Program-made: the position numbers and the translations under genes | Notes under the pieces: generated by a model | What the model saw: only the letters and a program-made list of their open reading frames with translations | What the model was told of the DNA's origin: nothing | Database searches by the model: none | Shown: in pieces, positions 1 to 11,233 of the stretch | Numbering within the stretch: the first letter of the stretch is position 1 | Layout: each line of letters begins with the position of its first letter | NCBI GenBank assembly: GCA_910576925.1 | Contig: CAJTKB010000002.1 | Location: forward strand, 419 to 64,418 | DNA: 64,000 bases | DNA from: an uncultured Bacilli bacterium | GTDB taxonomy: Bacteria > Bacillota_I > Bacilli_A > RF39 > UBA660 | Reading direction: 5' to 3'

Positions 1-1542
1 TTTAAATATATTATTATCATAAACACTATCTTCTGTTAATAATAACCTACTATACTTACCAGGATTCAATAAAACTTCCCAATAGGCCTTCACAATACTT
101 TTGTTAACTATTCTCTTTAAACTTCTAGCTCCCTCTCCTATTTTATATGCTTCATCTGCTACAGCATTCAAATATCCATCAGTATAGTCAAATAAAACAT
201 TCAAAGTAGCATATTTATTTTTTTCACTTACTAACACACTATAAGTAGAATCAGTTAAAATAGAACGTAGACTCTCTTTTGTATGTTTAGGTAAGATAAT
301 AATATCAGTAATTCTTGACATAAGTTCTCTAGGCATAAGTCCATATTTTACCAAATCTCCACTACTAACTTCTAAATACATTTCACGTTCTACATTTAAA
401 TTTTTGGCATTGTAATCAAAGCCTATTCTTTTATTATCAAGATTTCTATTTTCAGTCAATTTATCAATCACATTAGTAAAAGCACCTGTTGCAAAAAAGG
501 TTAACTTAGAAGTATCAAAATTATAACTTTGATATTTATATTTTATTGTATAAGTATTTCCTTGAATAAATGCTAACAAACTATTAAGTACTGCTTTACC
601 TCCTATATCAGAATTACTATCGCTTCCTTTTTTATCAATCTCATCAAATACAATAATCCCCCTTTGAGCTTTGTCTAAATCACCATCACAAATACGCAAA
701 AGACCCTCTAAAGCTTTTGTAACACTTTCTCCTTCATATCCACTAGCACTAATATTAGCCATATCTACAATAAACATTGGTACATCTAAATACTTACTAG
801 CAACATCACATAACATAGTTTTACCTGTACCAGTATCTTCTATAATTAAACAAGTACTTTTATTAATAGGATCATCTATTAATCTATTTGTAACAATATT
901 AGTAATTACAAATTGCTTTGCTTCTTCTAGTCCAATTATTCTATCATCAAAATACTTTTTCATCTCTCTAACATCAATATATTTAGATTTGTTATCTGAT
1001 TCAGCCTTTTTTATAACTTCATTATTTTCAACATAAGAATCTTCATAAAAACCACTTAATTGTAATAATTTCTTTCTAACCTCTTCCAAAGTTTTACATT
1101 CTAATAATTCTCTAATATAATTATTATTAACAATTGCATTATTAGAATAATCATTGCCAAGATTAAAACTACTTCCATCTTCTAATTCATCATTATATTT
1201 ATTAAATAAACTCTCAAATTCACTATCTACAATTTTTATAGAATCACTTTCAACTAATAAAATACCAATATAACTTTTCTCACTATATTCTTCAAAATAC
1301 TTTTTCTTATTGCCATTATATTTTTCAGATAATTCGCTCATACTAATTGCAAATGCAACTGGCTTATCAATACTATCATATATATTTTCAATATCTTCTG
1401 CTCTTAAATACTCTTTTCCAGTTTCATCAATAAAACAGTCATCAGCAAATATTCCTTCAACTAACATATCTGGCACAAATATAATTATTCTAGTATTAAT
1501 AATATACTTATTCATCAAAATAGCACAAAATTTTTCTTTCAT
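1..1542 (-). CDS. ClpX-like AAA+ ATPase with a ~260-aa unrecognised N-terminal domain. The start is at 1542 and the 3' end runs off the window edge.
   Basis: Hand translation of the minus strand gives a Walker A (EDTGTGKTM), Walker B (GIIVFDEIDK), the ClpX-like motifs SGYEGESV and FFATGAF, and sensor-2 GARSLKRIV. A GGGGG RBS precedes the ATG. There is no zinc-binding N domain. Confidence 0.6.
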   Translation of the reverse strand, partial: MKEKFCAILMNKYIINTRIIIFVPDMLVEGIFADDCFIDETGKEYLRAEDIENIYDSIDKPVAFAISMSELSEKYNGNKKKYFEEYSEKSYIGILLVESDSIKIVDSEFESLFNKYNDELEDGSSFNLGNDYSNNAIVNNNYIRELLECKTLEEVRKKLLQLSGFYEDSYVENNEVIKKAESDNKSKYIDVREMKKYFDDRIIGLEEAKQFVITNIVTNRLIDDPINKSTCLIIEDTGTGKTMLCDVASKYLDVPMFIVDMANISASGYEGESVTKALEGLLRICDGDLDKAQRGIIVFDEIDKKGSDSNSDIGGKAVLNSLLAFIQGNTYTIKYKYQSYNFDTSKLTFFATGAFTNVIDKLTENRNLDNKRIGFDYNAKNLNVEREMYLEVSSGDLVKYGLMPRELMSRITDIIILPKHTKESLRSILTDSTYSVLVSEKNKYATLNVLFDYTDGYLNAVADEAYKIGEGARSLKRIVNKSIVKAYWEVLLNPGKYSRLLLTEDSVYDNNIFK

Positions 1543-1623
1543 ATAATCCCCCACTTAATTACTAATAGTATAGATAAATTAATCTTACTAGTCAATAATA
1601 TATAAAAAATTAGTGTTTTCACA

Positions 1624-2790
1624 CTAATCTCTTATATACAAGTCTCTTGTATATACTTTATCATACACATCTAAAAGATTCTCTTCCATTCTATTAGCAA
1701 TAATAATATCACAAGTACTTTTAAACTCTTCTAGATTAGAAATAACTTTATACCCTTCAAACATATCACCCTTAAAAGTTGGTTCATAAATTACAACATT
1801 TATATTTTTTTCCTTCAAGTTAACTATAATACTTTGTATCGCACTTGATCTAAAATTATCTGAATTAGCCTTCATTGTAAGCCTATAAACACCTACAATA
1901 CTAGGATTTTTTAAAAGTATCATATCTGTAATATGTCTTTTTCTAGTATCATTTGCTTTTACTATTGCCTCTATTAAATTTTCTGGCACATCTTTATAAT
2001 TAGCTAATAACTGTTTAGTATCTTTTGGAAGACAATATCCTCCATATCCAAAGGAAGGATTATTATAATAATCACCTATTCTTGGATCTAATGATACTCC
2101 ATCGATTATATCCTTAGTATTAAGACCTTTTATCTCAGCATATGTATCAAGTTCATTAAAATAAGCCACTCGAAGAGCTAAAAAAGTATTAGCAAATAAT
2201 TTTACTGCTTCAGCTTCAGTAGAATTCATAAATCTAATAGGAATATCCTTTTTTATTGCACCTTCCTTTAATAAATCAGCAAAAACTTCAGCTCTTTTAC
2301 TTCTTTCTCCTACGATAATTCTAGAAGGATATAAATTATCATATAAAGCACTTCCTTCTCTTAAAAATTCTGGTGAAAACATAATATTTTGAATATTATA
2401 TTTTTCTTTCATTTTTTCTATAAAGCCAACAGGAATAGTAGACTTAACAACAATTGTTGTATCAATATCTAAAAAAATCACCTTCTTAATGATATCCTCA
2501 ACACTAGAAGTATCAAAATAATTTAATACATCATCATAATTAGTAGGCGTACTAATAATTATATAACTAGAACCAAGAAAGGCCTCCTTATAATCAAGAG
2601 TCGCCCTTAAATTCAAGGATTTATTTTTCAAATATTCTTTTATATCCTTATCATCAATTGGTGATACCTTTTTATTTATCATATCAACCTTTTCTTCAAC
2701 TATATCATAGCAAACAACCTCATTATTTTGTGCTAACAATATAGAATTAGAAAGGCCAACATATCCTGTACCTGCTACTGCTATTTTCAT
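1624..2790 (-). CDS. ugd: UDP-glucose 6-dehydrogenase
   Basis: N-terminal Rossmann motif GTGYVGLS. The 388-aa length and the overall pattern fit the UDP-glucose/GDP-mannose dehydrogenase family. Confidence 0.8.
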   Translation of the reverse strand: MKIAVAGTGYVGLSNSILLAQNNEVVCYDIVEEKVDMINKKVSPIDDKDIKEYLKNKSLNLRATLDYKEAFLGSSYIIISTPTNYDDVLNYFDTSSVEDIIKKVIFLDIDTTIVVKSTIPVGFIEKMKEKYNIQNIMFSPEFLREGSALYDNLYPSRIIVGERSKRAEVFADLLKEGAIKKDIPIRFMNSTEAEAVKLFANTFLALRVAYFNELDTYAEIKGLNTKDIIDGVSLDPRIGDYYNNPSFGYGGYCLPKDTKQLLANYKDVPENLIEAIVKANDTRKRHITDMILLKNPSIVGVYRLTMKANSDNFRSSAIQSIIVNLKEKNINVVIYEPTFKGDMFEGYKVISNLEEFKSTCDIIIANRMEENLLDVYDKVYTRDLYIRD

Positions 2791-2799
2791 AATTTCTCC

Positions 2800-4335
2800 T
2801 TATCTACTTTTTCTAAATACTTTACCTAAATACTTTTTCAATAAATTTACATAATAATTAAAATTATCTGTCTTATAAAAGATTAATGCTAATATAAAAT
2901 TAGGTATAGTTAAACATAAAATAGTCTTAATAATTAACTGTATATATATATTATCAAAATTAATAAACATAGACAAGTAATAACTTCCACTAGCAATTAT
3001 TATAAAAAGTAAAATATAACCACTAGTTTCTTTAAAATAAGAAATATAATCTCTATCAAACAATTTCTTATATACATACTTTGGATAACTATAACACCAA
3101 AGAGTAAGACCACTAACAATAGTTCCCATAAAAACCCCAGCAAAACCAAATATTTTAAGTAATATATAACTAGCAACTATATTAGTAATAGCTTCAACTA
3201 AAGGAACAAATCTATCCTCATAAAAAATGCCTGCTGACTCTTTAAATACCATATAACTATTACGCATAGACTTCTGAAAATAATTAAATACTAATACAAT
3301 TAATATAAGATGAGCTAAAACATACTCCCTACCCAACCATATAATTATAAAATCATCCATAATTATCAAAATACTAATAGCAGAAAATGAAGCTACCCAA
3401 AAATTTAAAAATCTAATTTTTTTAAAAACAGAATAATTCTTTTTCTTATTATCTTCAACTAATAAATTACCAACACTAGAAGTAACAACACCAATAACTT
3501 GTCCAAACAATATATTAACAGCATTAATAATCAAATAATAATTAGAATACATTCCAACTTGTACAATACCAATGAACTTAGATATTAATATATTATCAGT
3601 ACCATTAACAAAAAAACCACCTATCTTATGAAAAAACAAAGCTCCAACTTTTTTAAATATATCTCTTTTAGTATCATCATCCAAATCTTCTTTTTTATTA
3701 ATAAATGGATACATCATATTAGCAACAACCGATACTACAATATTTTCAATAATTCTCATAATAATTTTAATTAATAAATATAAATAATAATTCTTTGTTT
3801 TAACTAATATTATAGTTTGAAATAAATTTAAAAACGTAAGATAAAGAATATGAATAACATTAACTATATAATTTTTTTGATAAGCATTAATAATCGATCT
3901 TTTATAAGATAAAATATAAGAAAAGAAAATATCAATTACAAATAATATATATACAAAGTTTAAGTTAATATCAACAGTTACATCATTAATCAAATATCCT
4001 AAAAATGGTGTAATAGATAGTCCAACCAGTAATACAATTATTGAAATAATATTATAGCACTTTTTATAAAAATATAATAAAGCGCATATTTTCTTTTTAT
4101 CATTATCAAAAACAGGTTTATATAAATTATATATTATAGCAGAACCTACCCCTAATTCTACTAAACCAAGCATTGATATTATATTGTTAAATAATCCATT
4201 AATACCTAAATACTCCTGTCCTAAAGTTTTAACAAATACAAATTGTGCTATTAATCCAATCAAAATAGTCAAAAAATTTGATATAAAAGATATTAGAATA
4301 TTTTTTATTGAATTTTTAGTCCTCATTTTCTTCAC
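2800..4335 (-). CDS. wzx: polysaccharide flippase (Wzx/MOP family)
   Basis: 511-aa polytopic membrane protein with about 12-14 TM segments, located inside a glycosyltransferase cluster. Confidence 0.7.
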   Translation of the reverse strand: MKKMRTKNSIKNILISFISNFLTILIGLIAQFVFVKTLGQEYLGINGLFNNIISMLGLVELGVGSAIIYNLYKPVFDNDKKKICALLYFYKKCYNIISIIVLLVGLSITPFLGYLINDVTVDINLNFVYILFVIDIFFSYILSYKRSIINAYQKNYIVNVIHILYLTFLNLFQTIILVKTKNYYLYLLIKIIMRIIENIVVSVVANMMYPFINKKEDLDDDTKRDIFKKVGALFFHKIGGFFVNGTDNILISKFIGIVQVGMYSNYYLIINAVNILFGQVIGVVTSSVGNLLVEDNKKKNYSVFKKIRFLNFWVASFSAISILIIMDDFIIIWLGREYVLAHLILIVLVFNYFQKSMRNSYMVFKESAGIFYEDRFVPLVEAITNIVASYILLKIFGFAGVFMGTIVSGLTLWCYSYPKYVYKKLFDRDYISYFKETSGYILLFIIIASGSYYLSMFINFDNIYIQLIIKTILCLTIPNFILALIFYKTDNFNYYVNLLKKYLGKVFRKSR

Positions 4336-5404
4336 CTAATAGACTACGAATATACTTTTCAAACTCTACTAATGATTTATTTAATCCCTTTTCACTAATA
4401 GATTTATTACCTATCTTTGCTATTTCTATTCTCTTTTCGTTATTATCAAATAAATATTTCACATTACTAACCAAAGAATCTACATTAGATATTTCTGATA
4501 TAAGGGCATTATTATTATTAGCATATTCCATAATACCTTGACAATTTGTCGTAACTAAAGTACAACCACAAGCCATTGCCTCCATTCCAGGAAGACCAAA
4601 TCCTTCACTTAAACTACTACATAAAAATACAGCACTATTATTAAGAATATTTATAACCTCATCCTCACTAGCATTTCTCGTATATTTAATCCAACTAGGT
4701 AAGTCTTTAGGTCTCTTAGGACTACCATAAATAGAACAATCCATATCTGGGTATTTTTCCTTTAATTTATATATAGCACTTAATCCATAAATAGAGCCTT
4801 TAACCTTAGCCTTATGATATAAAAGTGCTATTGAATGATTTTTTCTATTTTCAATACTATTTATAATCTTAAATTTATTTAAATCTATCCCATTAGAAAT
4901 TAGTTTACTATCACTATTAGAACTTTCATCGACTATTTTCTTTAACCATTTAGAAATAACAATATTATTCATTCCTAAATTATATGAATTCTTCAAATCA
5001 GCATCTGTTGTTCCACCCCACTTTTCATATCCTTGAATAAAGTAGACTTTTACTCCCTTATTAATAGGAAAATCATAAACATATTTTGCAGTCTCATATG
5101 CCGTTGCTACACTTATATCAGCATTTCTTACTAATCTTTCATCAAAATTATTAACTACTACTTTTTTTATAGACTTATCTAATTTAAACCATTTAGGAGT
5201 AAATAAAACTATTATTTTTCTCAAAAGTAATGCTACACTCTTAGGAATTTTCTTACCATTCTTACCATCTTTACCATCATAATAAATACATACATCATAT
5301 CCATTCTTACATAAATAATTAGCATACTGATATACCATCTTATAACCACCAATAATTCGTAAAAAAACTCCTGGTAAATAGAAATTAATTTTCAACTTCT
5401 TCAC
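4316..5404 (-). CDS. glycosyltransferase family 4
   Basis: Contains the E-x7-E type motif EGFGLPGMEAMACGCTLV, which is typical of GT4. Confidence 0.8.
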   Translation of the reverse strand: MKKLKINFYLPGVFLRIIGGYKMVYQYANYLCKNGYDVCIYYDGKDGKNGKKIPKSVALLLRKIIVLFTPKWFKLDKSIKKVVVNNFDERLVRNADISVATAYETAKYVYDFPINKGVKVYFIQGYEKWGGTTDADLKNSYNLGMNNIVISKWLKKIVDESSNSDSKLISNGIDLNKFKIINSIENRKNHSIALLYHKAKVKGSIYGLSAIYKLKEKYPDMDCSIYGSPKRPKDLPSWIKYTRNASEDEVINILNNSAVFLCSSLSEGFGLPGMEAMACGCTLVTTNCQGIMEYANNNNALISEISNVDSLVSNVKYLFDNNEKRIEIAKIGNKSISEKGLNKSLVEFEKYIRSLLGEENED

Positions 5405-6263
5405 CTTCTTTTTTCAACTCTTCTAACAATATTTTATTAGATTTAAGTAATTGTCGATCTTTAAAAAGAGACTTTTTTCTTTTAGTTTTAGTAATATAGT
5501 TAGTAGAGGAATCTTCATTATGAAATACTACTAACTCATTATCATAAACAGATAATAAATTATTTCTTTTAAGCCTCAAATAAAGAAGTTCTTCTTCACA
5601 ATAAAGAAAAGTTCTATCATCTATACCATCAAATTTATCTATATAATTTCTTGAAAATATCAAACAAGAACCATGCAAAATAACATCAATATTATTGTTT
5701 TTATACTCTCTAGAACTATTCTTTTTCTCACCCTTATAAAACTTATTAAATATCTTATCTAAATAAAGAAAATAAATTATATACCTAATAATTATTCTTA
5801 GTATAATTCTTTTTTCTTCTCTTATAGTAGGCAATTTTTCTCTATAATAACAAATACTATTATCTCTTAAAATTATCTTTGGTCCTAATACAGCAAAATT
5901 GTATTTTTTATATTTTTCTATAATCAAATCACAAAAATTATTACTAATTATGTAGACATCATTATTCATCATAACAATAAAGTCTGCATCTAGCTTATTT
6001 TTAGCATATAAAAATCCAACATTATTACCTCTTGCAAAACCTAAATTTTCTTTATTTATTATTATATGGATATTAGAAAATTCTTTATACTTTTCTTTTA
6101 AAATTTCCCCTGTATTATTAGGAGAATTATTATCTACAACAACTATATCTATTTTATATTTACAATCTAAATTTAATATTGAATCTATACTTTTAAATGT
6201 ATCTTCAATAGTACAGTAATGTAAAATAACAAAAGAAAATTTATACATATTACCACCTCTCAA
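5385..6263 (-). CDS. glycosyltransferase family 2
   Basis: FSFVILHY...DIVVVDNNSPNNT matches a GT2 N-terminus with a DxD region. Confidence 0.75.
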   Translation of the reverse strand: MRGGNMYKFSFVILHYCTIEDTFKSIDSILNLDCKYKIDIVVVDNNSPNNTGEILKEKYKEFSNIHIIINKENLGFARGNNVGFLYAKNKLDADFIVMMNNDVYIISNNFCDLIIEKYKKYNFAVLGPKIILRDNSICYYREKLPTIREEKRIILRIIIRYIIYFLYLDKIFNKFYKGEKKNSSREYKNNNIDVILHGSCLIFSRNYIDKFDGIDDRTFLYCEEELLYLRLKRNNLLSVYDNELVVFHNEDSSTNYITKTKRKKSLFKDRQLLKSNKILLEELKKEGEEVEN

Positions 6264-7347
6264 AAATAGAATTAAATTCTAAAATTGCACGTATTGTTGC
6301 ATCAAATGTACCATTCAATATAAAGAATACCATAAACATACTTAATAGTAAAAGTAGAATTATTAGTAAAACAACAAAATCGTTTCGCCTTAACCTCTCT
6401 CCTAAAATATTAGTAATAGCAATATAATTAATTAATAATATTCCTCTAAATAATCTGACGAATTCATAAGAATAAAAATATAATGGTATTGTAATTAACA
6501 ACAAAATATTTAAAATTATAACAGAGTCCAAAAATTTCACATTTTTGTCTTCTTCTTGACCCTTAAAAAGTTTCTTTAAAAATAGCATTGAAGCTATTGG
6601 AATACACTGTACAATAACAAATAATATAGAAATAATAAATGATTTAGAAACATATTTTCCTGTTAAAAAGTAAGCCTCCATTTTACTTGATGGAATAATA
6701 TAATTAAGCATATTTATAAACAATTTGGAACGCATCAATAAAGTTGCTACTATTGCAATTATAAAGAATAAGATAAAAGTATCCTTAATTTTCTTTTTCT
6801 TAAAAATTGGATACAACAAAAATATGAAATAAATAAAAGCAGATGTATGAAAACCACACGCTATTATATTTAAAATAATATATTTGCTAATATTTTTCTT
6901 AATATTATCATCCTCAAGTAGTAAAAATGTAAGTCCATAGCACACAAAACAAGTTGCTAAAAAGTGTCTTATTTGAACAGCATCAACAAAGAATGGACAA
7001 ATTAAATACATTGAAATTGCCAAACTACGATACTTAGATATTCTTGATAAAGTTAAATATATTATAAAAAGACAAATAAAAGAATAAACAGTTAAAAATT
7101 TTTGATAATTAAATCCTATTTTATAAAAAAACTGACACATAAGCTGAAATAATCCTTCTGTATATGTAAAAGTGGAAGTAATACCATAACTATTGTAAAT
7201 TCTTTCATACATATAATAATCAGCATTATAATAATTATATCCCATTAATATAAACATTAAAGCTAAAATTATAAAAAGTAATAATTTAGATTTTTTATTA
7301 AAAATAGCCAATAAGAAAGGTAATAATATTATTAAATAACTAGTCAT
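6250..7347 (-). CDS. O-antigen/EPS polymerase-like membrane protein (Wzy/EpsG-like)
   Basis: 365-aa polytopic membrane protein sitting between glycosyltransferases in a Wzx locus. Confidence 0.5.
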   Translation of the reverse strand: MTSYLIILLPFLLAIFNKKSKLLLFIILALMFILMGYNYYNADYYMYERIYNSYGITSTFTYTEGLFQLMCQFFYKIGFNYQKFLTVYSFICLFIIYLTLSRISKYRSLAISMYLICPFFVDAVQIRHFLATCFVCYGLTFLLLEDDNIKKNISKYIILNIIACGFHTSAFIYFIFLLYPIFKKKKIKDTFILFFIIAIVATLLMRSKLFINMLNYIIPSSKMEAYFLTGKYVSKSFIISILFVIVQCIPIASMLFLKKLFKGQEEDKNVKFLDSVIILNILLLITIPLYFYSYEFVRLFRGILLINYIAITNILGERLRRNDFVVLLIILLLLLSMFMVFFILNGTFDATIRAILEFNSIFERW

Positions 7348-7363
7348 AATTCCTCCATATTTA

Positions 7364-8227
7364 TTATTTTTTAATAGCTAAATACACTCTTTTTAATAAT
7401 TTCATTTTATATAATGAATATATAACCTTATACTTGATATTATTAGTCATACTTACACTTTTTTTAAAATACATTGTAGCATCTTTGTCTTGTAACATCT
7501 GAAATATTGCAATTCTACAATATATTCTAGCCATATGACTTTTATTCATAATATCACTATACTTATCAGAAATTATAATTAAGGCATCTTCTCCCTTTTT
7601 TGGATTTTTTGTAATACTATCGTTTTGTAAATATACATTATTTAAAACTTTATCTAAATGATAACACTTATACTTACTAGCAAGTCTAATAGCTAAATCC
7701 CAATCCTGAAATCTTGGAAGTTTAGTATCAAATTTAATATTTTCAAATATTTCTCTCTTCCCAAGTATACACTGAGTAGTAATAAAATTCCTATAAAGTA
7801 ATTTATCTAAAATATTATCAGATGCAATATGAGCCTTAGGAACAATAGTACTTTTTTTATTATTTATTCTTTTAAAACTAGAGAATGTCCAAAAAACATT
7901 ATTATTTATCATACAATTGATCTGTTCAGATATTCTATTTTTTTCAGAAGTATCATCGCTATCTTGGAAAGTAATATATTTTCCTTTTGATTTTTCAATA
8001 CCAAAATTTCTAGCTGCATTAGCCCCACTATTTGTATCTAATTTATAATAAACAAGTCTCTCATTATTATATTTTTTTATTACTTCTTCTGTATTATCAG
8101 ATGAACAATCATCAACTATTATAAGCTCTATATTAGAATAACTTTGATTAAGTATAGAATCTATGGCATTTTCTATTATATAACCTCTATTATAAGTAGG
8201 CATTATAACTGATACTAACTCATTCAC
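7364..8227 (-). CDS. glycosyltransferase family 2
   Basis: VSVIMPTYNRGYIIENAIDSILNQSY...LIIVDDCSSDNT is a canonical GT2 pattern. Confidence 0.85.
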   Translation of the reverse strand: MNELVSVIMPTYNRGYIIENAIDSILNQSYSNIELIIVDDCSSDNTEEVIKKYNNERLVYYKLDTNSGANAARNFGIEKSKGKYITFQDSDDTSEKNRISEQINCMINNNVFWTFSSFKRINNKKSTIVPKAHIASDNILDKLLYRNFITTQCILGKREIFENIKFDTKLPRFQDWDLAIRLASKYKCYHLDKVLNNVYLQNDSITKNPKKGEDALIIISDKYSDIMNKSHMARIYCRIAIFQMLQDKDATMYFKKSVSMTNNIKYKVIYSLYKMKLLKRVYLAIKK

Positions 8228-9072
8228 TATCTTTTCCCCACTTTCATTCCAATTATTCTTGCTAGCATATCAAATGGAAATCTAACTAGTACCTTAATAT
8301 TTTTCTCATCGATAGCTCTTTTTAAAACATATGTTGCTAAACTACCTCCAGCCTTATTAGTTCCATATTTATCTAAATAATTATTTTCTTTAAAAAATAT
8401 ACCTGTAAGTCTATATCTATTATATACTTCTTTCAAAGAAAACTTATGAGAATGATAAACAACTGAACTAGCACAATATTTGATTTTATACCCAGCCATA
8501 ATAATCTTATGTGCAATATACATATCTTCATTAGTAGGTAGATTTTTTCTATCATATCCATTAAGCTTATTAAATATATCTCTTCTAATAGCAGAACTGG
8601 CATCAGAAAAGAAAAATGTTTTAAGCCCTAATCTTTCTATATCATCTTTTGAAACTATAAAAGAATCTTTAGGATAATTCTTCTCTCTTGTATATTTTTC
8701 AATTCCATTATCATTAGGAAGTTGTCTAGAATAGGTTGCTACTATATCACTTGTTTCAGTAATATCCTTAGTTAATTCATAAAGCCAATTCTTATCTTTT
8801 ATTATAACATCTTGAGTAATAAAAACCAATATATCAGAAGTACATTTATATGCAGCATTTTCCCTAACTAAGCTATGTGAAAAATCTGTCTTATTAATTT
8901 TTTTATAAGAACAATTATTTTTCTTTAAAAACTCCTCCGTTTTATCACTACTCTCAGTTAAAATATAATTAATTTTATTGATATTAACATTTTCCTGAAA
9001 AAGCAAAGAATTATTTAAACTTTCAATATAACTCGCAGCATTATATAAAGGACATATAATATCTATACTCAT
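8227..9072 (-). CDS. glycosyltransferase (GT2-like)
   Basis: N-terminal IDIICPLYNAASYIE fits a GT-A fold start. The gene sits in the polysaccharide operon. Confidence 0.55.
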   Translation of the reverse strand: MSIDIICPLYNAASYIESLNNSLLFQENVNINKINYILTESSDKTEEFLKKNNCSYKKINKTDFSHSLVRENAAYKCTSDILVFITQDVIIKDKNWLYELTKDITETSDIVATYSRQLPNDNGIEKYTREKNYPKDSFIVSKDDIERLGLKTFFFSDASSAIRRDIFNKLNGYDRKNLPTNEDMYIAHKIIMAGYKIKYCASSVVYHSHKFSLKEVYNRYRLTGIFFKENNYLDKYGTNKAGGSLATYVLKRAIDEKNIKVLVRFPFDMLARIIGMKVGKR

Positions 9073-9158
9073 AAATCTACCTCTTTCTAAAAAAAACTAT
9101 ATGCAAATACTAAATCCGCATATAGTTTTACCATTTTCTTTAGTACTTACTATTTACT

Positions 9159-9821
9159 TTATTTAGCGCCTCTTCCTTGTAATACCGCAATAATTGTTCT
9201 AAAGAAAACTTTAATGTCTAATTTTAAAGATATATTTTTTGCATAGTATGCTTCTAATTCGACTCTCTCTTCATATGTTGTACAACTTCTACCATTGCAA
9301 GCCCACCAACCTGTAAGTCCTGGAAGTACAGATAATACTAAATCCTTCTTATCTTTAAAATATTCAAGTTCTTTTTCCAAAACTGGTCTAGGCCCAATAA
9401 GTGACATTTCGCCTTTTAAGATATTGAAAAGTTGTGGAATTTCATCAAGAGATGTTTTTCTAAGAATTTTACCAAATTTTGTAACTCTTGGATCATTATC
9501 TAATTTATAATTTTTCTTAAACTCTATCATTTGCTCTTCAGTAAAGTATTTAGAAAAATTATCAGCATCACTAACCATTGTTCTAAACTTATAGAGATAT
9601 ATTTCTACTCCATCTTTACCAACTCTCTTATGTTTATAGATAACTGGTCCTTTAGAACTTATCTTTATAAATAATGCTATAACCAAAAATATAGGACTTA
9701 ATATGATTATAGAAACAAATACAATAATAAAATCAATCAATCTTTTAAATTTAACATAAATATCCTTCGAAATTGTAATTTTTTCAGGTACAAGTTCTAA
9801 ACCTAAAGCCTCACTATTCAT
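9159..9821 (-). CDS. initiating sugar phosphotransferase (bacterial sugar transferase family, WbaP/CpsE C-terminal domain type)
   Basis: KRLIDFIIVF...PVIYKHKRVGKDG...FRTM...DEIPQLFNILKGEMSLIGPRP are hallmark motifs of this family. Confidence 0.9.
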   Translation of the reverse strand: MNSEALGLELVPEKITISKDIYVKFKRLIDFIIVFVSIIILSPIFLVIALFIKISSKGPVIYKHKRVGKDGVEIYLYKFRTMVSDADNFSKYFTEEQMIEFKKNYKLDNDPRVTKFGKILRKTSLDEIPQLFNILKGEMSLIGPRPVLEKELEYFKDKKDLVLSVLPGLTGWWACNGRSCTTYEERVELEAYYAKNISLKLDIKVFFRTIIAVLQGRGAK

Positions 9822-10164
9822 CTCTATTCCCCCTTATCAATTAGTGGCTATATTATACCACAAAATTGATAATTTGTAAAGAAAAACAGTAATAATTTAT
9901 TTCATATCAATATTATCACATATCTTTGAAAGTTTTAAAGAACAAAAAATAAACAATAAAATTACACTCAAAACAATTATCGAAAGTATTCCAAATATTT
10001 TAATAATGATAACCTCCTCTATCTGACAACAATATAATTATCATTGTCTTCTACTCTCTACTATTTAAGTATAACATATTTTATAAATTAAAAAACAAAA
10101 TTTTAAAACATTATAAATAAATTTTATATCTATTTATAAAAAAATTTATAGCTATCACTTTTTT

Positions 10165-11145
10165 CTATAACCATACACCAAATATTATTCCTGACATTGC
10201 AAGAACTAGTCCAAATATCCAAAACATTTTTACTATATCTTGCTCTTTCCAACCTAATTTTTCAAAATGATGATGAATAGGAGTCATTAAAAAAACCTTT
10301 CTATGAAATACTTGTACTGCTATTGATTGAATAATAACAGATAAAGTTTCAACAACAAATACACCGGCAACTACTACCAAAGTAAGTTCTCTATGAGTTA
10401 AAATAGCTATGGCACCCATTGTTCCTCCTAAAGTAAGACTACCAGTATCTCCCATAAATATCTTTGCTGGATAAGTATTAAATACTAAAAAACCTAGTAA
10501 ACTTCCACATAAAACTAAAGAAAATATTCCAAGATCCTCATATCCTACCATTAAAGAAATAAGAGCAAAAGCAATAAATGCAATCGCAGAAAGACCACCA
10601 GCTAGTCCATCAAGACCATCAGTCAAATTAACAGCATTACTAGAACCAACTAACACAAGCAAAATAAATATTCCATATATAAAGCCAAGTTCCAAATCAA
10701 TATGAAGTGTTCCAACAGTAAAAGCGGTTTGTCCTCCATTTTTCATATAAATATAGAAAAAAACAATTGCAATTAAGACCTGCATAAATAATTTTTGATA
10801 GGTTGTAAGTCCTTCGTTATTTTTCTTTTTTATTGATAAATAATCATCTAAAAATCCTATTAAAGCATGACCTATAAAAACAATAAATACAATTCCAAGA
10901 TTTGATGTATAAGGAACCTTTTTAGTAACTAAAAGAGAGAGCATAGTTATAAGTGTAGAAAAAATAAAAATTAGTCCCCCCATAGTTGGAGTTCCTTCTT
11001 TTTTTCTATGACTTTCTCCTACAAAGACACTAATTTTTTGACCTATATGCATTTTTTTTAACATTGGTATTAATATAACACCAAGTAAACTAGCAAACAA
11101 AAAGCCAATCATTACTGCAAAAACTGCCTTGGTTAATAATAGCAT
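10165..11145 (-). CDS. mraY: phospho-N-acetylmuramoyl-pentapeptide transferase
   Basis: 326-aa polytopic protein with the DD, NAVNLTDGLDGLA and MGDTGS motifs. Confidence 0.9.
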   Translation of the reverse strand: MLLLTKAVFAVMIGFLFASLLGVILIPMLKKMHIGQKISVFVGESHRKKEGTPTMGGLIFIFSTLITMLSLLVTKKVPYTSNLGIVFIVFIGHALIGFLDDYLSIKKKNNEGLTTYQKLFMQVLIAIVFFYIYMKNGGQTAFTVGTLHIDLELGFIYGIFILLVLVGSSNAVNLTDGLDGLAGGLSAIAFIAFALISLMVGYEDLGIFSLVLCGSLLGFLVFNTYPAKIFMGDTGSLTLGGTMGAIAILTHRELTLVVVAGVFVVETLSVIIQSIAVQVFHRKVFLMTPIHHHFEKLGWKEQDIVKMFWIFGLVLAMSGIIFGVWL

Positions 11146-11233
11146 AAAACCACTCCATTTCTACTTATAGTAGTATAACATATATACTTTCAAGAAAAAA
11201 CTAGAAAAACGTCAATATACATAACTTTACATA

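Noticed and set aside
671-1546. Plus-strand ORFs 671-1036 and 1310-1546 in the ORF track
   Set aside because: They are low-complexity and lie antisense to a clear ClpX-like AAA+ coding frame on the minus strand, so they are spurious.
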